Below are positions 54,391 through 63,933 of a stretch of DNA of 64,000 bases, one piece after another. Each line of letters begins with the position of its first letter. The first letter of the stretch is position 1. The notes under the pieces were generated by a model. The model made no database searches. It worked only from the letters and a program-made list of their open reading frames with translations, and was not told the origin of the DNA. This DNA comes from a virus, in IMG/VR virus record IMGVR_UViG_3300017971_000228, positions 1-64,000 of that record; one strand, 5' to 3'. A program made the position numbers and the translations under genes.

Positions 54391-54537
54391 GCTAGTTTCT
54401 CCCTTCTTGGCGGGAACGCATCGGAAACCCAGGTAAGGGTCAACTCCTTCGCCCGGAGAGTCCTGCTATTCGGTGCGTTCCCGTTCCCCTGGACTTTTGG
54501 AATCTAAAAGTATGTCCTATGTGTATGAAGAGATCTT

Positions 54538-54559
54538 GAGCCGTCCTTCGGGGCGGTTC
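54538..54559. terminator. Hairpin between convergent holin and integrase
   Basis: GAGCCGTCC-TTCG-GGGCGGTTC. Confidence 0.55.
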
Positions 54560-54609
54560 TTGCATCTAGGGGATGGGTACTATGGAGATGACGCATGCAG
54601 ATGAATACC

Positions 54610-56136
54610 CTACATAGCACCCGCAAGCCAGAGACCGGTAACTTCGTCGTCTTCGATGAGGATGGCGCGTAGGACGCTGGTGAGGTTGGCGCGGAGGGCC
54701 TGCCGTTCCTGGGGGGTGAGATTATCATTCGCCAGCAGGCTGATGTGTTGGGGCAGTTCGTGGATGAGCAGATCGCGCAGCTCGTCACGTTCTCGGACTC
54801 GCTGCCGTTCTGCGTCAATCCTGGCAAGTTCCTGAGTGTTCTTGTCCAAGCGGGCCTTGAGGGCCCTGGCCCGTTCGGTGAAATCGGGAAGGGTGATGAC
54901 ACCGGATTCATAGGCTTCCCAGACACGACGCTGGCGCAGTTGGGTGTCATCCCGGTCAGCCAGTAATCGCCGTTCTTCCATCTCCCAGCCCTGGTCATCG
55001 GGGGCTTCCATCTGCCCCAAGAGTTCATCCAGTATGCGGGGGTTTCGGGCCAGCCTGATGAAGTAGTCCACCACCTTCTGGTGAATGACGTGGGTTCGCA
55101 TGGAATGGATACGCCAGTCTCGGGTAACGCTTCGACACCGATAGTACCGTCCGCCCCATTCTCGCTGATTGCCGGTGAAGAACCTATCATGGTGGACGCA
55201 GTAGAGTAGTTGGCTAAGTAAGAACGGTGCATTGCGGGAACGGGGGTGGTCCCCATCACGGCGACGCTGTTCGGCCTGTACTCTGTCCCACATGGATGGA
55301 TCATACAGTCCCTCAAAGGTGGCTTCGGCCAGTATGCAGTCTTCCCAGGGGAAGACGACGGCCGTCCGTTTTCCATTCCGCCTGATGTAGCGCCGCCGGC
55401 CGTAGGCTACCATCCCATAGTAGGCGGGCTGGTTCAGGATCCGATTGATGAGATCCTTGCCCCACTTTCCGCCTCGGGACGTGGCCAGACCGAGGCTGTT
55501 AGCTTCTTCGATGATCCACTTCTTGGTGACGCCACGAAGGAAGCTGTCTATCACGAAGCGGACGGTACGTTCGGCCTCGGGATCGACGAATTGGACGCGG
55601 GGCTTGCCCGAACCGTCCGACACGTAGGCGAACCCGAAGGGCAATCGAGATGGGGGAGAGCCGCGGCGCACCCTGGCCTTCATGCCCATCTCCCGACGCT
55701 GCTTGAGACGCAGGACTTCAGCCTCGGAGTAGCCAGACTCAATAGCCTCTCCCCAGACGTCCGCCTCCGTCCGTTCGTCGGTATTCGAGGGGGGCATGGT
55801 ACGGGAGTATACCCTGACACCGTGATCCTGCAAATAGTCGGCGACGGCCCGATTGAGGCGGCGAGTACGGGCCAGTCTATCGCGGGACTTGACGATGATC
55901 CACTGGATGTTGCCTGACGTGGCATGTTCCTGCAACGTGCGGTAGGCGGCGAGGTTCTTGACAGCATCGGCCATGCGATGATAGGATCGGGATTCGCCGG
56001 GGACGGTGATGTCCGCCACCAGTTCCCAGTCCAACGCTTCAGCCAGCGCATGGTTCAACCGATGCTGGTCATTGAGGGATTCCTTCTCAGCCTGGGGTTT
56101 GGAGGATACGGCAGCCCAGGAGATGGCTCGGGTCAT
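54610..56136 (-). CDS. Large serine recombinase (integrase)
   Basis: AVSSKPQA...SL..Q, SRDRLAR, PFGF, ILNQPAYYG, LLSQLLYC...YYRC zinc ribbon, coiled coil. Confidence 0.92.
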   Translation of the reverse strand: MTRAISWAAVSSKPQAEKESLNDQHRLNHALAEALDWELVADITVPGESRSYHRMADAVKNLAAYRTLQEHATSGNIQWIIVKSRDRLARTRRLNRAVADYLQDHGVRVYSRTMPPSNTDERTEADVWGEAIESGYSEAEVLRLKQRREMGMKARVRRGSPPSRLPFGFAYVSDGSGKPRVQFVDPEAERTVRFVIDSFLRGVTKKWIIEEANSLGLATSRGGKWGKDLINRILNQPAYYGMVAYGRRRYIRRNGKRTAVVFPWEDCILAEATFEGLYDPSMWDRVQAEQRRRDGDHPRSRNAPFLLSQLLYCVHHDRFFTGNQREWGGRYYRCRSVTRDWRIHSMRTHVIHQKVVDYFIRLARNPRILDELLGQMEAPDDQGWEMEERRLLADRDDTQLRQRRVWEAYESGVITLPDFTERARALKARLDKNTQELARIDAERQRVRERDELRDLLIHELPQHISLLANDNLTPQERQALRANLTSVLRAILIEDDEVTGLWLAGAM

Positions 56137-56606
56137 GTTTCCGATTCTGGCAGGGCTTCTCGTATGTTGATGCCGTATAGCAGCATGGCCAAGCCCACAA
56201 AGGCCGCGCCGTAGGTAATGGTGCGTTCAATTCCCCAGGCGATCTGCAAGTAGACTACACTACAGAGCATGACTGCCACGCCGATGCCGCCCACGATCCT
56301 GCCGGTCAGCGAGACGGGGCCCTTCGGCTTGTTACGCTGAGTAGAGAACGTGGGGGTGACTTCGCTCTGACAGTAGGGGCACTTGGTGGCTGCGGGGTCC
56401 ACGGTCTTCTTGCAGTAGGGACAGGGGTTGCCAGCTTCACCGACACAAAGTGCTATGATGAGGGCCAGGGGGCCCAGCAGGGCGCCGACGATGAACCACG
56501 CCAGGGCGCTACGTCGTTTGTTGCCGGCGACTATGGAGCACACAAAAGCGGAACCTAGCCAGATCAGCAGCCATGCCATCGCCCATCTCCCTTCAGCGAT
56601 TATCAT
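56133..56606 (-). CDS. Membrane protein with zinc ribbon (possible superinfection-related)
   Basis: TM helices, KRRSALAWF, CPYC...CPYC. Confidence 0.7.
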   Translation of the reverse strand: MIIAEGRWAMAWLLIWLGSAFVCSIVAGNKRRSALAWFIVGALLGPLALIIALCVGEAGNPCPYCKKTVDPAATKCPYCQSEVTPTFSTQRNKPKGPVSLTGRIVGGIGVAVMLCSVVYLQIAWGIERTITYGAAFVGLAMLLYGINIREALPESET

Positions 56607-56756
56607 TCCAGCCGTCGGATATTTCCTAGCTGATCAATCTCGAACCAGATGCGTATGGGAACATTTAGCCAGTGTGCAAGGAAGAGTTGGGAGGGTGGTG
56701 TCAAACGCTTCACAAACCAACCGAAGAGGTATTCGTTGATGCCGTTGGGGAGGTGC

Positions 56757-56966
56757 CTACTCGGCCTTGCAGGTACGCCCATCACAATACGCAGTACAGG
56801 CTTCGTGGCATCCAGGTGGGCCACAACATGAAGAACACTGCACCATGATTCTCCCGAGAAGTTGCTGCTGGCACGGTCTCAGCGACCGGATAATCTTCAC
56901 AAATAAGTCCTCTAACTCATCATGCGGGAATGCGTGTGGGTGAGTGCGGGTGTCTGGTCGCGGCAT
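56757..56966 (-). CDS. Hypothetical Cys-rich protein
   Basis: In the leftward operon with an AGGA RBS. Confidence 0.35.
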   Translation of the reverse strand: MPRPDTRTHPHAFPHDELEDLFVKIIRSLRPCQQQLLGRIMVQCSSCCGPPGCHEACTAYCDGRTCKAE

Positions 56967-57040
56967 TGGGTAGACATCCTATTGAGTTCTGTGCTGACTT
57001 TGGACGCCAGCGTAATGTGTCGGAGGTCGCTATCGTGGCC

Positions 57041-57463
57041 TCACTCCTCTAGGTCTTGACCCTGTGTGGTCGGTGGCCCTTCGTCATCTCCGATGATGCG
57101 TGGGTGTCGGGTACGCTGCTGGTGCTGCTGCAGGAATTGCACCATGTTCAGGATCGTGCGTTGTTCATCTTCTGGGAACTTACGAAAGTCATCCAGCAAT
57201 TGCCATTCGAGTTCGGTTCGGGGGGTGGAGGTTTGGTCGGCAAGCCAGTGCTGATCACTGAGACCGAGGAGATAGTCGGTAGTAGTATTCAGAGCTTCTG
57301 CAATCTTGCCCAGAGTTATTGCTGAAGCATTGGGCCGTTCGCCACTGAGCATGCGATAGATATGACCAACGCTTACACCCGAGCGATAGGACACCTGCCC
57401 CGGTGTAAAGTCCAGTGCCTCCATGCGTTCTCTGATTCTGTCGGTACGGATTCGTTCTGCCAT
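57041..57463 (-). CDS. CI-like XRE repressor (probably leaderless)
   Basis: RIRERM...VSYRSGVS..HIYRMLSGERPN...KIAEALNTTTDYLLG; divergent from cro. Confidence 0.88.
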   Translation of the reverse strand: MAERIRTDRIRERMEALDFTPGQVSYRSGVSVGHIYRMLSGERPNASAITLGKIAEALNTTTDYLLGLSDQHWLADQTSTPRTELEWQLLDDFRKFPEDEQRTILNMVQFLQQHQQRTRHPRIIGDDEGPPTTQGQDLEE

Positions 57464-57469
57464 GCGCCT

Positions 57470-57478
57470 ATTATAGCA
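57470..57478 (-). promoter_or_regulatory. Extended -10 promoter for the repressor
   Basis: TGCTATAAT on the minus strand, 6 nt before the ATG. Confidence 0.7.
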
Positions 57479-57527
57479 TATTCCGAAGGCAATTTGACCG
57501 TTTGGCGAAAGTCGTGGCAAATTGGAT

Positions 57528-57556
57528 TTGACAAGTGGCCAAAAGTATGCTATAAT
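57528..57556 (+). promoter_or_regulatory. Consensus sigma70 early lytic promoter
   Basis: TTGACA-17 nt-TATAAT with TG extension. Confidence 0.88.
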
Positions 57557-57588
57557 AGTAGCCAGGTGACAACAACGGAGGGAGGATA

Positions 57589-57825
57589 GTGAACAAGCTA
57601 TTGGAGGCACTGGAGCAGAAGCGCGGAGATACGTCGATAGTGGAGTTTGCTGAAGGACTCGGTATGCACTTCAGTTCATACTACCGACTTCTCAGGGGTG
57701 AGCGCGGGATAGGTGCGGATCTGGAACGACGGATCATGCGCCGGTATCCCGAACTCACCCTTGTTTTTTTGCAGCAATTTTCGCCAAGTGAGCACCAAGA
57801 AGTGCCAACTGAGCACCAGGAATAG
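57589..57825 (+). CDS. Cro-like HTH protein
   Basis: EFAEGLGMHFSSYYRLLRGER; GGAGG RBS. Confidence 0.8.
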   Translation: MNKLLEALEQKRGDTSIVEFAEGLGMHFSSYYRLLRGERGIGADLERRIMRRYPELTLVFLQQFSPSEHQEVPTEHQE

Positions 57826-57929
57826 CGTCTAGCAGGCCGTAGGATCAATTCTAAGCATCGGTGGGCGTGTTTCAGGGCGATTAGGACTTCCGATACCTCA
57901 AACAGCTAGAGAGCGTCTAGGGGGCTTAG

Positions 57930-58337
57930 ATGGTTACGATGACAGAAAAGATCAGCCAAGAGTTCGCAGGTAGGACACGGCAAGACGGCCCCGAGTTCCG
58001 CCCCACGTTCTCCAGGACCAACGGAAGTCTGATCTTCCAGTCACCCCGACGCGGCATCCTCAAGGGGTGGCTCGGGTGGGTGAAGATCCACCTGCCCATG
58101 TTCGCTTACGATCTGGAACGCCAATGGTGGGAAGCACCCCTGGGCGAAACGTCCTACGCCAAGGCAGTCTGGGCGGCGCATCGCCTACACGGCAAGGTGA
58201 ATTGGAGTGAGGGGATTCGGGAGTGGGCTGAGTCTCAGGGGCTAGAGACAGACGAATGGCGGGTCACCAAGCAGGAACGAGATGATGCGCTTCCCGCTTA
58301 TGTGGATCGACCAAGCCGAATGAGTATGTTCAAATGA
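57930..58337 (+). CDS. Hypothetical early protein
   Basis: Packed ORF. Confidence 0.6.
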   Translation: MVTMTEKISQEFAGRTRQDGPEFRPTFSRTNGSLIFQSPRRGILKGWLGWVKIHLPMFAYDLERQWWEAPLGETSYAKAVWAAHRLHGKVNWSEGIREWAESQGLETDEWRVTKQERDDALPAYVDRPSRMSMFK

Positions 58338-58537
58338 CGATCCGAAGATACCCCGATCCCGAACGATATCCCTACAACTGTACTCTCTGTAAGTTCTACG
58401 TGCCGACAGGCAAGCGGATGTGGGCCTGTGGGCATCTGAGGGGCTACGCGGGGTGCAAGGGGCAGAATGAATGGATAGCAAAGTCGGTCGAAGAGCGTCG
58501 TACCACCAAGGCGCCCAGATTTGCGAAGGAGGAATGA
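58334..58537 (+). CDS. Small Cys-rich early protein
   Basis: CTLC...C...C; ATGA overlap. Confidence 0.55.
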   Translation: MTIRRYPDPERYPYNCTLCKFYVPTGKRMWACGHLRGYAGCKGQNEWIAKSVEERRTTKAPRFAKEE

Positions 58538-58822
58538 TGGCAGATCCGATGGCGATAGCGTGGGGCATCTTTGCGGTAGTAGCGATCGTGCTGGCCTTTG
58601 CGCCAAGGAAGACCCAGTGATCCCCGAAGACGCGATTATCATTCGATACGGAGAAGTCCCCAGCATGAAGGCATCCCAGCGGTTTGCCAGCATGCTGAAG
58701 GGGATCATCGAGATAGGGAGGCAACATGAACGCATACATGCCATTGTTCCTGCTGGTGCTGGCCGTGCCGCTGGCGATGCTGATGGACTTGGCGCAGCGG
58801 ATACTCGGGTGAGGGAGGCCGC

Positions 58823-59095
58823 GTGAAGTTCTACCCCGATGCTGACTACTACTGTGGGGCTTGCGAAGCGGTCCGGTCCGGATGGGAGGACCCCCGACTG
58901 TGGGACATGCGATCCTACGGCGGGGGGCTGTATGTCATGGCCAACTGCCCGCACTGTCATAGTTCTAGGCTGATTGTAGAGCTGGAACGCAGACAGATGC
59001 TGGCCAGGAGTTTGGAAGGAGACCCCGATGAAAGTCATCGCCATCAACGCCTACACGCAGGACTATCCCCGAATCATCTTTTGTCGTCCGCATAG
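58823..59095 (+). CDS. Zinc-ribbon early protein
   Basis: CGAC...CPHC. Confidence 0.55.
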   Translation: MKFYPDADYYCGACEAVRSGWEDPRLWDMRSYGGGLYVMANCPHCHSSRLIVELERRQMLARSLEGDPDESHRHQRLHAGLSPNHLLSSA

Positions 59096-59210
59096 AAATC
59101 GCTGCTACGTTCTTACCCAGAAGCGGGCGCAGACGCTGATCCCGATTATCAATGACAGTGGCTCACGCCGCATTCATCATGATGGGTGGGCGTGGGTAAG
59201 GGGGGCGTGA
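59028..59210 (+). CDS. Hypothetical early protein
   Basis: AGGAG RBS; packed. Confidence 0.45.
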   Translation: MKVIAINAYTQDYPRIIFCRPHRNRCYVLTQKRAQTLIPIINDSGSRRIHHDGWAWVRGA

Positions 59211-59575
59211 TGGATATTGTGAACGAATATCTACAGGAAACTCGGAAGAGCATGGAGGGCTTGCCCCGCGGGCTTCGGGAGATGCTGGATATTAGGCCCA
59301 AGATCATCTGTGCTGATGGGTTTACCGTGTCAGTGCAAGCAAGCCTAACGCACTACTGTAGCCCTAGAGACAACTATGGGCCCTACAGTGAAGTAGAGCT
59401 GGGGTTCCCGTCGCAGGAAGAACCCGACATCATGGATTGGGCTGAAGATCCCGATGCTCCTACAGGCACAGTCTACGGGTATGTTCCCGTGACTGTAGTC
59501 GCAGCAGTCATTGACAAGCATGGTGGGATTGATCGCAATGCGACGCTGCGTGGTGGTGCGAAGGGGGGCACGTGA
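59207..59575 (+). CDS. Conserved phage hypothetical protein
   Basis: CADGFTVSVQAS..HYCSPR...EVELGFPS...TVYGYVP...KHGGI. Confidence 0.7.
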   Translation: MMDIVNEYLQETRKSMEGLPRGLREMLDIRPKIICADGFTVSVQASLTHYCSPRDNYGPYSEVELGFPSQEEPDIMDWAEDPDAPTGTVYGYVPVTVVAAVIDKHGGIDRNATLRGGAKGGT

Positions 59576-59677
59576 GATGTTCCGCTACTGTGAGCACTGC
59601 AAGGCAATGACCGTCCACCACCAGAAGCATGGTGAATGGGTATGTGGGAAGTGCGGTGAGAAGTACGGAAGGAGTGA

Positions 59678-60412
59678 ATGATGAACCAGGAACAGCTAGA
59701 ACGCCTGAAGTCTCCGTTCCCAGCTGAGGAAGTCCAGTGGCGGGCAGGTGCCACCAACAAGGATGATACCAAGGCTCTGGCCCTGGCCTACATTGACGCT
59801 CGTGCGGTAATGGAGCGACTGGATGAAGTAGTAGGGCCCATGAACTGGACCGACACCTATGATGAGTGGAAGGGTGGTGCAGTCAAGGCTGGCATCGGCA
59901 TCCGCAATGAAGAGGGCTGGGTGTGGAAGTACGACGGGGCGGATGATTCGGACTTTGAAGCTACGAAGGGTGGGTTCTCTGATGCCTTCAAGCGTGCGGC
60001 CGTCAAGTGGGGCATCGGACGCTATCTCTACCAGCTTCCAGCAGTTTGGGTTCCGTGCCAGAAGTACGGCAAGACCGTCAGATTATCAACCACACCAGCA
60101 CTGCCCAAGTGGGCCCTGCCCGACGGCGATACTTCATCCCCAAGATCCGAACCACAACCAGAACCTACCGAGGAACCAACAGCTGAAGAACCCACGACTG
60201 GGAAACCAAAGCCCTGGGTGGTCAACAATAGTACCCGTGGGCGCTTCTGGGGATGGGCCAAGAAGGCTGGCTTGTCCCACGATGACGTTCACACCGCCCT
60301 TGGCATAGACAGCCTCATGGACTGCGATCTGGACTATGGCGAGGCCCAGAAGGAAGCCCTACGCTGGCGGGACCAGCAGAAGCAAGCGGAACCCGAAGCT
60401 CTACCACTCTAA
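59678..60412 (+). CDS. Rad52/Sak single-strand annealing protein
   Basis: PFPAEEVQWR, YIDARAVMERLDEV, KGGFSDAFKRAAVKWGIGRYLY. Confidence 0.92.
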   Translation: MMNQEQLERLKSPFPAEEVQWRAGATNKDDTKALALAYIDARAVMERLDEVVGPMNWTDTYDEWKGGAVKAGIGIRNEEGWVWKYDGADDSDFEATKGGFSDAFKRAAVKWGIGRYLYQLPAVWVPCQKYGKTVRLSTTPALPKWALPDGDTSSPRSEPQPEPTEEPTAEEPTTGKPKPWVVNNSTRGRFWGWAKKAGLSHDDVHTALGIDSLMDCDLDYGEAQKEALRWRDQQKQAEPEALPL

Positions 60413-60430
60413 GTTCTGTGGGAGGATGCC

Positions 60431-60634
60431 ATGAAGCATTTCGTTGATGGGAACATGCTCTGCATAGTCAAGGATGACTTCGAGAATCTTCAGGAAAGCA
60501 ATGCGGTGTTCCTGCCCCTCAAGTCAGAATCTGCCCAGACAATCATCAATCGTGGTTTCAAGGCTCTGCCCATTGGGGATCTGATGGGTATTTACATGGA
60601 ACTACAAGGCGCTACGCCAGTAAGATTGAAGTAG
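60431..60634 (+). CDS. Hypothetical protein
   Basis: DGNMLCIV..DFENLQES.AVF; GGAGG RBS. Confidence 0.6.
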   Translation: MKHFVDGNMLCIVKDDFENLQESNAVFLPLKSESAQTIINRGFKALPIGDLMGIYMELQGATPVRLK

Positions 60635-60862
60635 TCGTGAATGCCGGCACGGAGGCTTAATGATGCTCGCTCTCTCTAGGGAAACACCGTCCGGCCCGTC
60701 TAGCCGGATACCGTGCAACGGAGAGGGGATCGCTGCTAGGGATCAGTCCGACGATCCACGTTAGGCTAGGTGGGGATAGGCCACCCCTATCCCCACCGCA
60801 ATCAGAGGCAAGGGGGTAGGGGAAGTTGAGGCCCCTGCCCCCACAATCAAAGGAGGCCAACA

Positions 60863-61239
60863 TCATGATCGACCTCCATACTGAACAGAGACGATACACT
60901 CAAAGCAGTCTGTGGGACGGGTTGACGGAACGAGGCAACCTCACCCACACAGCCATCCGACACATCGAGAACGCCCAATCGGAGTTATGGGGCGCCTGCG
61001 AAGTCTTCCTCGAACGACGCAAGGTTACCGAAGCCCGACACGCATTATCAATCCAGTTAGCAACCCTAGAAGCCAGAGAAGCGAAGCTGGTGACCAGGGG
61101 CGAGAACCTACTGCGACGATGCATGCTGGTGATGGGGGATCTGAGGCACATGCGACGAGTATGTTCTTCAGCGGAGTACCAGCAACGCGCAGACGACTGG
61201 CGCGACGGCCATCTTTACCAGGCATGTCCAAGCAACTAG
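60863..61239 (+). CDS. Hypothetical early protein (start uncertain)
   Basis: AGGAGG RBS ahead of the 3' part of ORF 60826-61239. Confidence 0.5.
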
Positions 61240-61485
61240 AGGAGGTGATCCGACTCTCTCTCCCCGGTGACACCCGCTTCCCACTTCTAGGCCCCATCTG
61301 GGAAGTACAGGATGACGGGGAGTACGTCCAAGTCGAGGGGGCCCGATGGCATAGAGAGGGGGACAGGATCATAGCAGACTACACACGTGAAGAACTTGAG
61401 TTGCTGTACGGGATGCTGGAGTACTCAGAGAACGGTGACACGAACGGGAACGGTTGGTGGTGGCTAGAGTAGAACGGAGGAATGA

Positions 61486-62409
61486 ATGAAGATCGCACTT
61501 AACAATATCAAGCCATCGCCTCACCCAATACGCACATCATGGGATGAGGACAAGCTGAATGAGCTGGCACAGTCCATCAGGGAGCAGGGGCTGATCGTGC
61601 CGGTGAAGGTGAGACCAGTGAACGGGTCGTATGAGCTGGTGTACGGCCATAGACGGACAGAGGCAGCACGTCGGGCAGGGCTAGCGGAGCTTGAGTGTGT
61701 GGTGGAGGGATTGGATGATACCGATACGCTCATTCAGGCATTGATTGAGAATGTGCAGCGAGAAGATCTGTCAGCAGTAGAGAAAGCCAAGGGTCTGCAT
61801 AGACTCATAGAGCAGACGGGATGGAGTCGCAATGAAGTGGCTAGGCGTGGGATCATGGACCTCAGCTTTGTCTCTCGATTGCTGTCTTTGCTGGAAGAGC
61901 CGGCACCGATATTGGCTAAGCTATCACCCATTGTCCAGGGCAATGACTTTCACATCACGGAAAAGCATATCAGGCAACCACGGGAGGTTGGCCTTTCCCC
62001 AAATGAGCGCATCAGCGTGATTGATAAGGCTGAGCGAGAAGAACTCACATCGACTGAGACCCGTCAAGTCGCAGAGTCGTATTCTGCTGCCGAGGATGAC
62101 GCTGAGCGCGAAGCCATCCTCAGCACTGACTACCACGATCCCGCCTTCCAGCAACTGGTAAGGGCTAAGGCTACGGTCAAGCGCCGCCAACAACGAAAGG
62201 AGCAGAAAGAACGACAAGACAACCCACGCGAGGTCAAGGAGTACATCGAAGCGGTTCAGACGTTTAGTGCCGCTGTCCAGCTAGCTATCAAGGTCGCTGA
62301 CTTCGGCAAGTTCTCACCAGAGGCAGGCCAGTTCCTGAAGGGCTGGCACAACAGTGTCCGCAATGGACTAGACAGACTAGAACAGGTATGGGAGGAAAAG
62401 AATGCCTAA
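61486..62409 (+). CDS. ParB/Spo0J-like protein
   Basis: LAQSIREQGLIVPV, YGHRRTEAA, LIENVQREDL. Confidence 0.88.
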   Translation: MKIALNNIKPSPHPIRTSWDEDKLNELAQSIREQGLIVPVKVRPVNGSYELVYGHRRTEAARRAGLAELECVVEGLDDTDTLIQALIENVQREDLSAVEKAKGLHRLIEQTGWSRNEVARRGIMDLSFVSRLLSLLEEPAPILAKLSPIVQGNDFHITEKHIRQPREVGLSPNERISVIDKAEREELTSTETRQVAESYSAAEDDAEREAILSTDYHDPAFQQLVRAKATVKRRQQRKEQKERQDNPREVKEYIEAVQTFSAAVQLAIKVADFGKFSPEAGQFLKGWHNSVRNGLDRLEQVWEEKNA

Positions 62410-62905
62410 GTTCAAGAGTGAAGAGTCACGGCAGGCGTTCTGCGAGCAGTATGCCGCCGTCAAGGAATGGAGAACCGATGTGGTGTGTGACCTGATTCGC
62501 AAGGTCATGCCCACGGGAAGCGAGAAGGCGATTCCCAAGAATGGGGTGGCCAGGGTCGCCGTTGACTACTATGAGAAGCATGCTGACGAGATCCGAGATG
62601 GTGACGCCATGTTTGATGCGCACAAGGACTCGTTCATCTGCATACGGTACATCCTCAATCACTGGTCTGACGTGACAGGGCGGCTGTCCGACATGGGGGT
62701 CACGGTCTGCTACTGCCATAAGGGGCAGTTCATCTCCGGCAAAAGGGCAGACATCGAAGCTGTGTTTACCCACAGGGACACCATCATTCGCAAGACAACT
62801 GAGAGGCGCAACTTGCTGGCTGAGAACGCCAACCGCAAGCGGTATATCGCTCTTCCGATGCTGACCCTAGACCTCTATCTGCCAGCGGTCTCTGTAGCTG
62901 CATAG
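62402..62905 (+). CDS. Hypothetical protein
   Basis: Coupled to ParB; GGAGG RBS. Confidence 0.6.
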   Translation: MPKFKSEESRQAFCEQYAAVKEWRTDVVCDLIRKVMPTGSEKAIPKNGVARVAVDYYEKHADEIRDGDAMFDAHKDSFICIRYILNHWSDVTGRLSDMGVTVCYCHKGQFISGKRADIEAVFTHRDTIIRKTTERRNLLAENANRKRYIALPMLTLDLYLPAVSVAA

Positions 62906-62991
62906 ATCATTGGGAACAGGAAACCTATACACATTATCAAAGCCTGGGGGCTGCCCCAGGTTGGACTCATACATAGAACGAGGGACACGTC

Positions 62992-63933
62992 ATGGAAGAC
63001 GCAGCCAGAATCAAGGAAGCGGTGGATTGTCGGGATTGGGTAGCAGCGACGTTAGGCGAACCAGAGTACAAGAACGGTGATCACTGGAAGTGGACATGTC
63101 CGTTTCATGGCGATACCGATCCGTCCCTTGCGGTGTACCAAAATGGATTCTACTGCTTCGGGTGTGATGCCAAGGGTGACGTGATTGACTGGGTGATGGA
63201 GTTCCAGAACCTGGACTTCAAGGCGGCAACGCAGGTGATAGAGTCCGGCATACTGACTTCGGGATCATACCGCGCCCAGGCCCAAGTCCACCAACGTATT
63301 GCCAAGGCCAAGAAGCAGCGAATCCGAGTGCTGGCAGCGGAAGTCAAGTGGCATGAAGAGTACGCTGATGCCCTACTGAAGCACGCTGAAGCGTTGGAGT
63401 ACCTAGAACAGCGGGGCGTGGACTACACGATGGCGGAACACTTCGGGCTAGGCTATCGAGAATCGCCCTGGGGCCCAGCGATAAGCATACCCTGGAAGGT
63501 GGGCGGTGAGTTACGGGGCATCCAGTACCGAATGATCCACGGGGACGGCCACATGCGCTATCGGTGGGAGAACCGCATGGAATCCAACCCGACGATTTTC
63601 AATGCCGACACCATCCATTCGGGTAGCAAGCCACTGTGGATCACGGAAGGCGCCCTCAAGAGTGTCATTCTCGTGAAGCATGGCCTGGACTCATGTGCGA
63701 TTATCAATAAGCAGGGCTGGAAGGCGGGCTGGGCCCCGCACTTCCACCAGCGCCAAGTCTATGTGGCCCTAGATCCCGATGCCCGAGATGAAGCGCAGAA
63801 GATCGCGTCCGACATAGGATCCAACGCGAAGGTGGTACAGCTGCCAAGGAAGCCGGATGACTTGTTGGTGGAAGATGGGTGGAAGGTAGAGAACTTGTTG
63901 GCGTGGGCGAGGAGTGGGAGGGTCGCTGAGTAG
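62992..63933 (+). CDS. DNA primase (CHC2 zinc finger plus Toprim)
   Basis: CPFHGDTDPS...CFGC...GDVI, YLEQRG, ITEG, LDPD, KPDD. Confidence 0.9.
   Translation: MEDAARIKEAVDCRDWVAATLGEPEYKNGDHWKWTCPFHGDTDPSLAVYQNGFYCFGCDAKGDVIDWVMEFQNLDFKAATQVIESGILTSGSYRAQAQVHQRIAKAKKQRIRVLAAEVKWHEEYADALLKHAEALEYLEQRGVDYTMAEHFGLGYRESPWGPAISIPWKVGGELRGIQYRMIHGDGHMRYRWENRMESNPTIFNADTIHSGSKPLWITEGALKSVILVKHGLDSCAIINKQGWKAGWAPHFHQRQVYVALDPDARDEAQKIASDIGSNAKVVQLPRKPDDLLVEDGWKVENLLAWARSGRVAE

Noticed and set aside
54405-54485. tRNA or SRP RNA
   Set aside because: No T-loop/anticodon cloverleaf or SRP GGAA/AGCAG motif; reported only as an unknown structure
94-63706. GATTATCATT read as Fur boxes
   Set aside because: Matches only part of the Fur consensus, is non-palindromic, mostly intragenic and strand-biased; kept as an unexplained polar motif
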